Assembly: GCA_907165135.1 (NCBI GenBank)
Contig: OU015567.1
Coordinates: 15,810,001-15,874,000 of the forward strand
Direction of reading: 5' to 3'
Source: Oikopleura dioica
Taxonomy: Eukaryota > Animalia > Chordata
Length of the DNA: 64,000 nucleotides
The number at the start of each line of letters is the position of its first letter. Position 1 is the stretch's first letter. Positions 51,216 to 64,000 of this stretch are shown here, in pieces. Position numbers and translations under genes: made by a program. The notes under the pieces are model-generated. The model worked only from the letters and a program-made list of their open reading frames with translations. It was not told where the DNA came from and made no database searches.

Positions 51216-54200
51216 TTAAAATAAATCGTCGTCGTCGTTGTCGAGGATCAGGGCATTTTGATTTTGGTCATCTGAGGCTGAAAAATTGGTTAATTTTCAA
51301 TTTTTCGAGGAGTTTCTTTAAGAAACTTTCTTACCACCAGGTTGTGAAGCAGAAGTGAAGACGGGACGGTGGCACAGTGGGCAGACGTTTTTCAAGCGCA
51401 GCCATTTCTTTATACAAAGCCTGAAAAAAAAAGTTAGATTGAAATCATGTGTTAGGGGGTAGACATCGAGATAGGAAAATTTCTAGCGAAAACTTATCGT
51501 CAAAAAAGTTCGAGCCTTTTTTATCAAACAAAATAGTGAGTGAAAAAGATAATTTTCTGAACAAATCTCTTAAAATTTTCTAATTTTTTAAATTGGGGAC
51601 CCCAATTTGGATTTCCCCGATTCGGAATTCGGAATTAACCTGGTTATTTCATCTTTATATCTTGGAATAAAAAAAATCCTCACACAAAGCCTAGCCCTTA
51701 TTAAGTACTGAATAGCTGGTCAAAAATGAACCTTAGAATTCTGATAATTTTGTCCTTACTTGTGGAATCTATGCTGACAACTTGTCTCCACGACGGGATT
51801 CGAGGAACAAGTCTGAACGGCAAAATCTTCGTAGCAAATTGCGCATAATCTATCCGGCTCAGGAATCTAAACAAATCTAAAGCCACGCTAAAATGGCGAT
51901 TGTCTTTACCTCCGAAACGTCGACGACCTTGAGCTTGTCAAGCAAATCGGCGGTTTGAAGTCGGAGCTTGATCGATTTCGCCGTTTTGGTGAAAGTTCTG
52001 TAGATATTGAAATAGGTGTGGATAGTCATCATCAGAATTCGGACGACGGTCATTATTGGACGCTCGAAGATCAGAACATAGCTGAAATTCAAAAAGGATG
52101 AAAGAAAGTGGGAAGGAACTCTTGGCTCGGCAACCTGAGTAGGAAACCTGAGTCAGGGTCTGACAGATCAAAAATGAAAAACCGCGTAGCGTCTTTTTTA
52201 AGAACGAAGCCGCAAAGAAGTTTAAAATAAGATTGAATGATATTTTTGCGAAGCTACTTTGCGGCTTCATTTTCAAAAAAGCCGCTGCGCGGCTTTCCAT
52301 TTTTGCTCTTTCACACCCTGACTCAGGTTTTCTACTCAGATTGCCGAGCCTAGGGAGGGACTTACATGGCATTTATCAACATAACGATTCCGCCGAGGAG
52401 TTCTACTCCTTTTGAAGCCGTCTTTGTCCAGAAAATCGTATCTACGAACAAATATCAGTTGAAATGAACAATTAAAAGAAAAACCTTCATCAGCGTCATT
52501 TTGATTCAACCAGTAAACGGCGAAAGACGTGACCGCTTTGACGATCAGTTCCAGCGTAAAGACAAAAACGGGAATCGACCAAGTTGAGATTTCATGATTT
52601 TTGAGCAGCTCAATTTCGATGCAAAGCGGAATGAGGAACAACGCAAACATCGCCTGATTATTTTGTTGTCAAAAAGATCAAAAGAAGAAGAGAACCTGTA
52701 AAGGACGAGAAACAGAGCGCCCGTCGACATGGTTGCTGTTCAGTTCGGCGTCGACGATTTCGTGGAGGTAGTGGAGACAGGCGACCACTTCCAGCCAGCT
52801 GTTTTTGTAAGCGCGCTCGAATCGTTCTTCGGGACTCATGAAGGTGATTCCTGTTTGCAGCGCCATGAATCCGTGAAGCATTCCTAGTTTTTTAGTTAGG
52901 AAGATAGTCTATTTGCGAGATTTTTTTAGATTGCCGCGAAGAGAAAGCGACAGAAAATCGCGAGATTTCGGCACGATCTACTTTTTGTTATTTTTGTCGC
53001 TCCTATTTTTTCCTTACCAAGAAACTGTCCCATCCGCTGCCCCCTCTCTTCGGGATCATTCGGTTCTTCTCCATTTCCCAGCCATCTTTGAATAGCGACG
53101 CCGAGCCAAACTCCCGGCCCAGAAAGAAAATACGCAACTGCAAAGACGGAAAACAACGAATCAGTAGTAATCAAGACGATGGAACTGACGATTGTGGAGG
53201 GCATGTAGTCGCCGAAATATTGCATTTCGACAAACTCGTGGAGGCCAAAAGCGGACATGTTCATCATTGCCAGACCGGAAGAGTTGAGACTCGTTATTGA
53301 GAGCTTTTCGATGTCAGGACTCGACTGAATATAACTTTAGATTATTCAAATATCCGTTTTCGAAGAAGAGGCGCGAAGCGACAAAATTTGCGCGGGCGAC
53401 TTTTTGAGACAGTGCCGGGAAGCGACAAATGAATCCGACAGAAAACCCACTTCACGACTTTCTTTTACTGGTATCTGATTGGGCAGCCAAGTGAATAGAG
53501 AAATCTGATTCGAGAAAATTGTCGCAGAAAAGGGTCTATGTCGCATTTTTTTTTTGTCGCAGCGCGGCTTTCCGGCTGCTAATTGGCTACTAGCCAATGG
53601 CTAGCTGACTACATACGGGCTTCTGATTGGCCAAATATATTTATTCATAGTCAATCAGAAGCCTGCATTCCGCTTTCTGTCCAATCAGCGCCAGAAAAGT
53701 CGACAACGCAAAATTCGTCGCAATTTTTGTCGCTTTCCCATTTTTACCTCAATAAGGCTTTCTACAGATTTGCCGAAATGCGTGTAAGTCGAAATCGCGT
53801 GCAAAACGCTCTTGATGATCATCGAATGGAGCAATATTTTAAGAATGATTCCAAAAGCTGGATTGTTGTTCATCAGCGTTTCCAGCATCAGGCGGAGGCC
53901 GGTTCGCATGTGCGCGTAAACTTGAGTTTCCGGATCGGTGTTTTCTTCCTCGAAAATGTTGTTGTACTGTTCGGCTGTTTATAGGGTTAGCAATCGATAA
54001 ACTCGAGTACTCGAGGTAGAAAAGACTTTTTCAAACTAACTTTCAAATTTTAAACCCTGGCTATGTCAGTATCATGAATCGTCCGTAAAATCTCTCTGGT
54101 AATCGGAATGATCATATTTCTGAGACACATGATTCTGATTCCAAGAAGAATGTAATACGCCGCGCTTTCGAAGTTCGCGAAAAGCATTATTACTCCCACT

Positions 54201-55123
54201 GCGATGGCGGGCAGTTGGGAGAAGGACCAGCGCGAATCTTCGTCTTCAGGCTCGATGATCATCAAATTTGAAAGCGTCGCGCGGAAGAAGATCAGGTTGA
54301 AGAGCATAAACGCCACGCGGACCAGGTACTGCAAATTCAAAATAATGAATAGAATTTTTCTTCCAAAGCTATTATAATAACACCCTTATTTAATTTCACC
54401 GAAAGAAAGATTATTCTATGTTCGATGGAAAGCTAACACTAGAACATTCCCTAAATAAGGCGGCATCATAAAAAAATGTCGACAAAAAGTTCGATTTTTG
54501 CGACAAATTTTTCATAAATTTGATTGGTCGGCTAGGCGATTGCGGAAATCGGGAAGGCGGCACGAGGCGACAATTTTCGGCCGGCAATTCTAGCGAGAAT
54601 TTAAGAAAATTTTGGACCAATAAGATTGCCACATTCGGCGGGTAGGCCAATCGGATTTCAGAAAATAGTATTCCGATTCGCGCTGCAATCCCGTCTAAAA
54701 TTCGACTAAACTTTTGGGCAAGATCGTCGACTTTTTTGTCTATTCGAGTCAACTCCCAGGAAAAATGGCTATTTTAGAAGAAAAATTCGCAAAAAAATCG
54801 CAAACCTGAAAATCGGGAAGTTCCATCGGGGCAAGACCGATGAGTCCGTAAATTGGCGGCGAATCGGGTCGCGTCAAATTGAGCAAAAAGGCGTCTACCA
54901 GGTTTAGCATACAATGGCCAATATAAACGAGAACGAGGCGGTAGTACTGGGGGATTTTGTCGTCGTGAAGAAAAAGCGGAATAATGGAGCCGAGCCAGAG
55001 CTGGACGCTGATCCAAGTCGGGGTCGAGTCGTGAAGGATTCTTCCCGAAACGAGAGCTTCGATCATGATGAAGAGCGGAACTCGGTAGAGCTCTTTTGGA
55101 ATGTTGAAGTTCCATCTGAACAA
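51216..55123 (-). CDS. Multi-pass RING-H2 E3 ligase, RNF139(TRC8)/RNF145-like
   Basis: ELYRVPLFIMIEAL; many TM exons; CAICY...CQHRFHK LCIKKWL..KNVCPLCH; true start may lie near 55570. Confidence 0.85.
52123..52351. mobile_element. MITE family A inside a canonical GT-AG intron
   Basis: Family TIR; flanks CT^AG. Confidence 0.85.
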
Positions 55124-56859
55124 TAGGATAAGAAAGGGAGGTGCACGACGAAAGCTGCGGAGAAAAAAAAAGAGATGAACCGAAGCGACAAAAATAAGCG
55201 TTGATTTTATGTCGCAAAATCAGTGTCGCACGAATCCTGGCGTCTTTTGTCGCGAAAAATGATGGAATTATTCTTTTTTACAAATTTCTCATTGGCTGAT
55301 TTTTTATTTGAAAATTTAGTCACTCAAAAATTGTCGCTTCGTGTAATACGGCCTAAGAAACCGGATTTCTGTCGCGAATTATTTCGCGCAAACGCGACTG
55401 TAAAAAACGAGGCAAACCTGAATGGGTCAATTTCTCTTCGCGCAACTTCCATTTTCCGCGAATTTCTTTGTTCACCAAGTTTTCGTTGTTTTTCTTGCAA
55501 ATAAAATATACACTAGAAAGACTTCGGAATAGGCGTTGTCTTTATTTCAGAACCTTATCGACCTCGGCATGTCTAAATCAGCAATCTGAAATAAAATGAT
55601 GAAAGTCACGAGTTTCTATCGTAAAAAGAGAGAGTTCTGGAAGAGCTTTTTTACGGCAAATAATATGTTTGAGACAGACAAGTCAAGTTTTGTCTCGAAA
55701 AAATACAAATAAAACTGAAGGAACTCAATAAATTTGCAGTTTTCTCGAGGTAACGACTCGAAAGGACAAAAATTTCGACAAAATTCTGCGTGAAAATTTT
55801 CGACCAATAAGCAGTCTGAATTTGGCTAATCAGCTAACGGAAAATTTTGTCGTATTTTTTGTCGATTCGAGCCTTCTCACCTTAGTTTCTTTTTTTAGAA
55901 AGAAAAATTGTATTTTTAGTCGAAAATGCAAGATTTTGAAATCGAAAAAATTTGAGTCAAAAAGATAAATTTCTCAAAAATACGATTTTCTCTTAGAGGT
56001 AGACTACCAATTATGATCGAAAAAAGGGAAAATTCAATTTAGGCACCATAAATCCTTTCTTCAAATAAAACTCTGGATGATTCTACGCTGGCGCTGATTG
56101 GTCAAAGCCAACAGAAAGCCATTCCGCAGCGCAGTTGTCTCCGTTTTTCGTAAAACGTCAAATCTCGTCGCCGTCTCGTAAAAATTAATTTCTCAGAGTT
56201 TTGAAAGGAAGAAAGAAGGAAAATGAAAGGAGAGAACTAAAGAAAAATTGGCGGAAGCATGCGAAGAAAATTGCTCTTTTTATCGATTTTTGGATTTGTG
56301 CGCGCTCAGGATTCAGGAAAACCGGCTCAGATTTAAAGATTTTTGGGTTATTTTAGGTGCTGGCGTGAATCGACCAAAAATGCGACGAAAAAAATACGAT
56401 TTTTTGCGAATTGTTTTTCTGAAAGTCGATTGGCCTATCCGCCCTATCCGCAAATCTGATTGGTCTAAAATTAAACCCAAATTTAGGTCAAAATTGTCGC
56501 ACTTTTTGTCGATTCCTCATACCATTCCAAAAAGTTTTCGAAATTTAGAAACATTTTTTGTCTTTTAAAATTCGACCAAATTTTCGTGAGAATGAAAATG
56601 CCACGCTGTCAAGAAGAAACTCCTTTTCAAACATAAAATTTACGTCGCCTCGGCTCCAAAGTACGAAAAAATCCGTCGCTAGTCATTTCCGTATTTTATT
56701 AGCGCTTTTGATCTGAACACATCTTTCAGCTGCAAAAATGTACAATTCTAATTGACTCAGTCTTATCCCTTTTCTCGGCCTGATTGTACTCAACAAACAA
56801 TCGTCAATCGTAATAATCAAACTGTAAATATTGGCCCAGTGACTGTTGTTCTTTTGTCA

Positions 56860-57022
56860 GGGCTCGGTAACCTGTGTAGAAAACCTGTGTCAGGGTCCAA
56901 AAAGAGCTTTGATAAAAACCGCGTAGCTTCGCGGCTTATTTTCTAAAAAAAGCCGCTGCGCGGCTATTATTAAACCTCTTTTCGCACCCTGACTCAGGTT
57001 TTCTACACAGGTTGCCGATTCC
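56860..57022. mobile_element. MITE family A
   Basis: Family TIR; flanks CA^AG. Confidence 0.85.
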
Positions 57023-57099
57023 AGTCTTTCATTTTTTTTATTAAAAGCAAAAATTCTGAGCCCGAAAAAAAGAAGCCGAAAAAAGCAAAAGCTTTTTTG

Positions 57100-60000
57100 A
57101 CTGGGACGACAAAACCGTTGACGGCTATTTTTGCCACAATTCAAGACTTGCTTTTTTCAATGGCTTGAACGAAAATGGCGATGTTGATCTGAGCAAGTTG
57201 CCGGAAATTCCAAAAAAAGATGCGAACAAGTTTTTGAAGGTAAAATATTTTTTTTTTTTGATTTTGAAATCAAGGAAGATTTTGATTATTTTTTTGAATT
57301 TCTGACTGGGCTCGTCCTAATATAGAAAAAAATAGAAAATGGACACACTTGCCGAGCCCGGGCCCAGATTTCTGAATGTTCACTGAAAATCATCTTTCAG
57401 ACCGAAACGTCCTTCTCCGTGCTAAAATTCGGCGGCTTCTTCGAGCGCTCGCTAGAACGAGTTTCCATCGAAGAATATTGCGACGGAGAAAAACTCGGCG
57501 ACAACGAATTTTCCACTTGTCGAGAAAAGAAGCGGGCTTTTGTCAACGACTTTTGCAAAGAATCCGACAGTTTATTTTTCTCGAAGAATTTTGGATCGCT
57601 GAAGAAGTTTGAAACGAAGCTGAATTCGGTGAGGAAACAAAAGTATGATCGCTGCATGGAACATGTCAGAAGGAGAATGACTCAGGCAGAGTTGCCAATT
57701 TTATAAGCTTAGTAAACTGAGCTTACTAAGCTGCCAGCTAAGCTTATTCAACTAAGCTAATCAACTAAGAAGTTGGCTTAGCTGAGCAAGACTGATTACT
57801 TATGTCGGAAATGATGAGGAATTTTTTAGCAAAGTAAAACTTAGCTGAACTAAGTCGAATCGGAATTGAAAGGCCTATGCTGAGCTTAGCCAACCTACGA
57901 CACATGCTGTAAGACTTTTCCTTTACGATAAGTTGAGCCAAGCATTAGCTAGGCTTAGCTGATTTTGCCAAAAAAGAAATGCAAAAAGAAGCTAGCTAAG
58001 CCTAAGCCGAAAGGCAGCTTAGCCTAAGGAAGCTTAGCTTCGATGAAATAATTCTATTAAACTTAACGCAGTTGAGCTCAGCTGGTTTCTAGAGAAAATA
58101 AGAGAAATTCAGCTGAGCTTAGCCAAGCTTAGCCCACCGCTTATTTTTAATTAATTTTAACCAATAATTTGCACAAAATTTGCAACCCTAGGCTCAGGTC
58201 ATGGGCAAACTCGCTGGAAAAGAAGTGAAAAGTGACGAGGACTCGAAAAAGAAATGGCAAATGGAGTTGAAGCCAGACCGGTTGTTCAGAGGCTGGTGGC
58301 ATGAATTACAAAAGGCGTTTTTGCGAGTTTGCATGACAGACAAAACCGACTGCGCTAGAAAGTGCAGCCACGAAAATGGAGTCTGTCAACTAGCCAAAGA
58401 TCCGACGGCGAATGAAGATGACGAAAAGTGGGTTTATGAATGCCAGTGCCAGCCGGATTACGAACCAGTCGTCTCATCGAACACAGATCCAATGGTCGTT
58501 TCCGAACTTTGCAACAGAACAAAAGTCGACGCTCCAAAAGGCTCGTGCTCTCCCCTCAGGCACGCAAAGAGATACGAAATGGCCCGAGGCGCGACGCCGG
58601 ACAATCCAATGACGGAACTTCGAGACACGATTCCAGTCGACCACCAGTTTCTCTGCACCTCACTGAGGCCAAAGAATGAACCGTGGGATTGCGACTACGA
58701 TATTGAACGAGAGACTTGGCGAAAAAGACGAGCGATTGGTAGCAAAATTGAAAGAAATGAGTTCATTTCGCAAACGGATTTCGGCTACTTTCCCTGGGTC
58801 GTCGAATTGAACCACTATCCTTCCAAGAATTTTAAAAAGCCAAACGCAAAGATTGAGGAAAAAGTTACTGAGAAAGACAAGATGAAAGGAACAGACACTC
58901 ACAGGGACGGGTTCGTACCGGGGGTCGTATTTACCGGATTTTAATAATTGTAGGCATCATTAATTTTGCTAGAAAAGGGGGGGCTGTTCATCCTCTTAAT
59001 TCCAGCATTTTTGGCCTTGTTCATCGCGCCAACGCATTAGTAGCTCAAGCAGTGGCCACTAAAGCTTCGTCTCCTTCATACTTAGAAAAAGGGACGAATA
59101 ACTTATTCGGAATTAGGCCACACATGCTGCATGTGACATGCAAGAGGTTTAAGGATGAACAAGGCCACCCCCTATTATGCACACCAACCCTCTGAAAGAT
59201 GTTCTGGAACTCTGATCGCTGGGAACAAACAGTCAGGCCAGGACTTCATTATCACAGCCGCCCATTGCTTTTGCGCCGAGCAAGAAATCGGTCAATGGCT
59301 CGTCCGAATCGGCATCATCGACAACACAAAGCATCTAAATCTCTACCAAGGAAAATTGGATGCCCTGACTGAAGCGCACCTCGGCCCAGAAAAATACGTC
59401 GACGTGACGATTGATCACTGGCAAATGGGCGCTGAAAATGATTATTTGAATAATGGCTGCAATACTGGAATGGGATCGTCGGCGACTGGAAAAGACGATT
59501 TCGCGATTCTTTATTTGAACGGAAGAATGAGGCAGAAAATTCGAGAGAGTCTTCAGCACAACGTCAGGCACAGCTGCGTCAATGGAATCGACAATTTCAA
59601 TCAAATCAGAAATGTCGATTCGATCAGCGATTATTACGGAAGCAAGTGCTTTTTGGCTGGATGGGGCAGTCATAAAAAAGATGTAAGTACCATTTCTTTT
59701 TTAATAAAGACATGAATTTTTTTAGGAATATATGACGCTCGGAATTCCGAAAAAATCCAACTTCATCAACGTCAAAGTGGTTCCCTTCGAAGAATGCCGG
59801 GACGACCCTATTTACGGCCTGAGCAACGATCCCGGAATCGATCCAGACGAGTTGAAAAACATCGATCCGAATAATTCGCCGTTCATTTGCGCCAAGGGTT
59901 TCGAAGGAAGCAGCAGTTGTGCTGGCGATTCAGGCGGAGGACTGTTTTGTTTTTCGGAAGAAGGCCAAAGTGTCCATTTGCTCGGGCCGCTGCATGGGAC

Positions 60001-60249
60001 TACTGCTTCTCGGTGCGAGGTAAGAGAGGGAAAATGAAGCTGATTTCTGATGCCGTTTTCAGGAGGGCGGATACATGTACTTCGCAAATTTGGCGCACGA
60101 GCAATATCGAAGCCTCATCGAAAAGAAAAAGAAAAAAGCTACTCAAAGAGACGAACTGTAATTTTCAATTCTTCTGTAAATTTATATTTTTTTGTTTTCT
60201 TTCCAAACTAGTTCCAAAAGGAAAATACTCACATTGCCTCGCTTCATAA
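57100..60249 (+). CDS. Modular S1 serine protease: Gla-like, EGF-like, trypsin-fold domain
   Basis: TAAHC, DDFAIL, GDSGGG triad; RKRR|AIG site; EGF-like CSHENGVC..CQC; 5' end unresolved. Confidence 0.85.
57687..58190. mobile_element. hAT MITE forming a GC-AG intron (57686-58197)
   Basis: TIR CAGAGTTGCCAATTT / AAATTTGCAACCCTA; 8-bp TSD GACTCAGG / GGCTCAGG. Confidence 0.85.
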
Positions 60250-60445
60250 ACCACTTACCGATCTTTACTTCAAATCTTACGAAAAATCGACTGTAAATAA
60301 AACTGATACGTATTTTAAAGCGAAATTCGAAAAAAACTAGAGAGACTGAGTAAGAGACTATTTGAATCGTAAAGAGCTTAAGTGTCGAGAATTTATCTGT
60401 ATTTTGATAAAATACAAAGAGAATAAAAATGTATCAGTTTTTTTT

Positions 60446-62572
60446 TCAGAAAATTTCATTTGTCTCAGTGTTCCACTTGTAACCAAAAAGGGTAAAGTCT
60501 CTTTCGTATGCTTTGAAAAGTTTGTTTCTCGTCGGAATCGAAATATCTTTCATCAGAGCGTCGATTCTTTCTTGAATCGCGCTGTTCTCGTCCGTGCTCG
60601 CGAAGCCTCCTACAGCTTGGTGGCGAATATCTTCGTAGCCAGCTGGAATCTCGATTTGAGGCAAAGCGTCGAAGACTTCCGAAAGCTCGGAGAAGAGATT
60701 TCCCACGTCCACGATCGCGTCGTATTTGTTGAAAAGGCAGGTGTTGCGGACTCCTCCTTTTGTTGCCGGGCCGGTGATTGGAGAAAAGTGAGGGTCAAGA
60801 GTCGCCAGATCGTGCTGGAGAATGAATTTCACGAATCGGGGGAAACTGATCTAAAGAATACAATAATTATCATTTAATAAATTACACAAAGCTTAAAATT
60901 AATTTCTCTGAAGGCCAAAATTATGATTTTTCTATTTTTTCTATTAGACGTAGCGGCTTTTCATTTTTGATCTTTCAGATCCTGACTCAGGTTTTCTACT
61001 CAGGTTGCCGAGCCCAGGTAATAAGGGTGTCACTCTGCTAAATTTTGCTATGAAAATTTGAAATAAAAATGCTTACAATATGATCTTCGTCGCCAATATG
61101 CTTCAAATTTTCAAACTCCAAGCAGCTATCTGGCACTTTTTTGTTGTTCGCACCAAAGTGTCGTACTAGAGGGTAGCAGGGAATCTGCTGTGTCGATCCG
61201 TAAGTTGTCTCTGGAACGTAATACTTGTCGTAAAGCTGCTCCATAATCTGAAAACAGGTTTAGTTTTTTTCCTCCCTTGAGAATAGAGCAAAGAGCTTGA
61301 AAAATTTATAAAATTGGCTTGGATTACAGCGAAAAAACTCTGTAAATCAATTATTTACTCGGCTCTTACACACTTGAGCTAGGTTTCATTACTGTAGCTT
61401 CTGTGGCAATAGAATTATCTTAGAACTTACAAATTGTTTTTCAGTGACGAAATATCTGAAGGACTTGGCGCGGAGGAGGAGATTAAGTCCGTAGCGGATG
61501 CCTGGGCCGCCTTTATTTTTAATATTGAACTTGTCGTTCCAGGCCGAGGCTAAGCGCAAAATCGGATGGCGGACGACTAAGACTTTCAACGCGGAACGGC
61601 AGTCGTTTACCAGCTTCTGCCCCTTGATTCTGCCAAAGGAGATTGTTTTTTGAAAAAAAAATAAGACAAGCAGAAAGATGCCCCCTTTCCTGTGGTTGAC
61701 GAAGCGAACGGCAGATCTGTAAGAATACGGCTGCCCGGGCTTTTTTTCTTCGATCAGGTTTTTCGGGAGCTCGAGCAACTTGAAGGCCATTTGGAAGATG
61801 TATTGCGACGCGCATTTGTTAGGCACGGAGATCATCAAATCACTCGAGATGAAAAATGAGCTGTTTTAGAGCTTCCAATTTGAAATTCACTAATTTTTGA
61901 TTATTTAATAGAAATATGGATATGGAACTTAAAACCTTTTTGGTAAAAAATGATGTGAAAGCTTTTCCTATAGCCGGAATTTTCTTTGCAAAATTTCGGA
62001 GATTTCCAATTTCTCGGCTTTTCGTTGTAAAATTCTTCGCATTTTTCGTACATCGCGGTGGCCCTCCTAAAGATGCTTGAATTTTCATGCGATTTCTGCA
62101 AAAAGTCAGGAATGACTGTCGTATTTTCGTTTCCAAAAAGATCATTTTCAATTTCTTCTTTGTCTTTGAGTTTTGATGGCGTTTTCAGAGAACTTTTTTC
62201 TTCAGAAATTTTCGGTTTCTTTGAATTTTTTGTGTCATTTTTCCCCGTCGATGAGTTAAATTTTGCTGTTTTCGGTGACTTTTGGATTGTCGTTTTTGTC
62301 GTCGTTGTTGTTTTCACAGTTGTTGTTGTTGAAATTCCCGTTGTTGAAATTTCCTGTGTCGTTTTTGTCACTCGATAGGTGGCGACAGCATACTGAATCT
62401 TTTGAATATACTGTTCTTCTTCATTTTCTAAACTTTGCATGCCAAAGAGAACTGAAATCGTCAGTCCCCGAAGAACTTCAAAAATCATACCTGTCATCGC
62501 GAAAACGACGTAAAAAAGCGTCGTTCGATTAAAATTGAAATTGCATGGAAAAATTGGAAATCCTCCATTCAT
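60446..62572 (-). CDS. Second carbohydrate sulfotransferase (Sulfotransfer_2 family)
   Basis: TM anchor, Thr-rich stem, SVPNKCASQY, VVRHPILRLASAWNDKF, DPHFSPI, YERDFTLFGY. Confidence 0.85.
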
Positions 62573-63040
62573 ATCAATCTTGCACTTCTTCTGTTTTCCG
62601 ATTTTTCTCTGTTTTTTTACATTCAATTTTTGAGAAATTAATTAAAGTGGCGAAAAAGTAAGCGCGGCGGGGAGAAAACTGAAGAGTCCTTTTCTACGCT
62701 ACTATGTCAACAGAAAAGGTCGAAATGATTATTGAGCTTTGAGGAAAAGACGCCTCGAAAAACGAATGCTGGAATCAGATGAAATATTCATCGCCGTCTA
62801 TTTTTACGCTTGGATAATGGAGAATGGATCGTGGAGAGACATCTTCGCTGAATTATGGATGCGAAGGAAGAAATCATTTATTGCAAGTCAGATGAATGTT
62901 TCTATCAATTTTACGACACGAGTCAGTTTGAAACAGAAAGTGAGGTTTTCATTTTTTTTTTCACATATAATGCAGCGTAATTTGCCGATAGAAACAAATA
63001 GGGTTCCATGAAAATTGGGTTTTTGACTTCCCTTCTTGCT

Positions 63041-63305
63041 AGGCTCGGCATCTTGTGGGAGTCTGATTATGAAAGAGCCGCAATGAAAAGCTGCGTAGCG
63101 GTTTTTTACTATTAATTTTAGCCGGAACTTTAAAATAGCCAATAGTCGTCAGGAAGGTATTTTTTTCCTGACGAACCGTAGGTCACCCCAATAGTCTTGT
63201 AATATTGTCTTTAAAATATTGCAATACAATTTACAGAGAAAATAATACCGACGCGGCTTTTGATTCATAGCCAGACTCAGGCATTTAACACAGGTTTCCG
63301 AGCCT
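63041..63305. mobile_element. MITE family A
   Basis: Family TIR; palindromic flanks TTGCT^AGCAA. Confidence 0.8.
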
Positions 63306-64000
63306 AGCAAGGGAAGTAAGTAAAAATTTACAGTGTAAATCCAGTAAGCGAGTATCTGAATATGCATTATCGATCCTTCGCCTTCGAATGATGATGGTAT
63401 TACATGATGAAAAAAGATGTTCGATCTGTGGCGAAAGCGACTTTCAATTTGAATATCGAAATCGCGCAAATCGCCGCTAGAGGGCTCGTCCAAGTCGCTT
63501 TTAATAATGCAAAACGCTTCTCCTTCGCCTTTGACAGGACATATTTCTTTGCTCATCTGACAAAAAATAACTAATATATATTCACTCAGAAAAATTCTTT
63601 TCAAATTTTTGGATCGTAAAATTTGCGCGAAAATGATGTTTGATGATTCTGGGCCAAGTTTGCGGAGAGATTTATGATTGATGGAAGTTTATGGATCGCC
63701 TGAATTTTATATTTCGGAAAAAGGCCAAAAACAGAAATTGAAAATAGAGAAGAGATGTTGAGAGAGATGTCATGCAGGCTCTACTCCCAGTACTACCAGC
63801 TCAAACTTACTGTAAGTCGGATAAAAGCAATTTTTTGGGGAAGTGTTTTGAACCGACAAAAATATTTCGACAAATTTTTCGTGGAAATTTTCAACCAATC
63901 AGAAGCCAGGATTCGGCTAATCGGCAAATCAGCAGCCGAGAAGCCGACCACGCAAAATTTGTCGAAATTTTTTGTCAGGTCTTGACACCAACCAAGTTTT

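Noticed and set aside
63038-63308. TA TSD (Tc1/mariner) model for family A
   Set aside because: Fits this copy only; most copies show TG/CA at those positions

Overview
AT-rich eukaryotic (animal) genomic DNA, most likely an appendicularian tunicate (Oikopleura dioica or a relative). This is an inference from ~36-47-nt introns, frequent GA-AG/GG-AG/GC-AG introns, no evident CpG depletion and AG acceptors just upstream of several ATGs. Genes reconstructed by hand: a PP1 catalytic subunit; two CHST8-14-type sulfotransferases; five members of an unrecognised family ([Ser/Thr kinase]-coiled coil-PRY/SPRY-like C-terminus; three with kinase, two without); a GPI-anchored orphan; two reeler-like genes; an F-box-like gene; an RNF139/RNF145-like RING-H2 ligase; a Gla-like/EGF-like/trypsin protease; decayed dynein heavy-chain fragments. 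Mobile DNA is dense: an intact Penelope-like retroelement with hammerhead ribozymes and a 12-bp TSD, a solo LTR, and many MITEs (hAT, Harbinger-, piggyBac-, foldback-like, plus an apparently TSD-less family targeting CT^AG). Main signal: six DNA-transposon insertions sit inside coding exons, and each can be removed in frame as a non-canonical (GC/GA/GG-AG) intron built from the TSD and/or TIR. Two are base-perfect, and one of those has an empty site in a paralog in this window. All splice models are deduced from frame and homology by eye; no RNA data or database searches were available.
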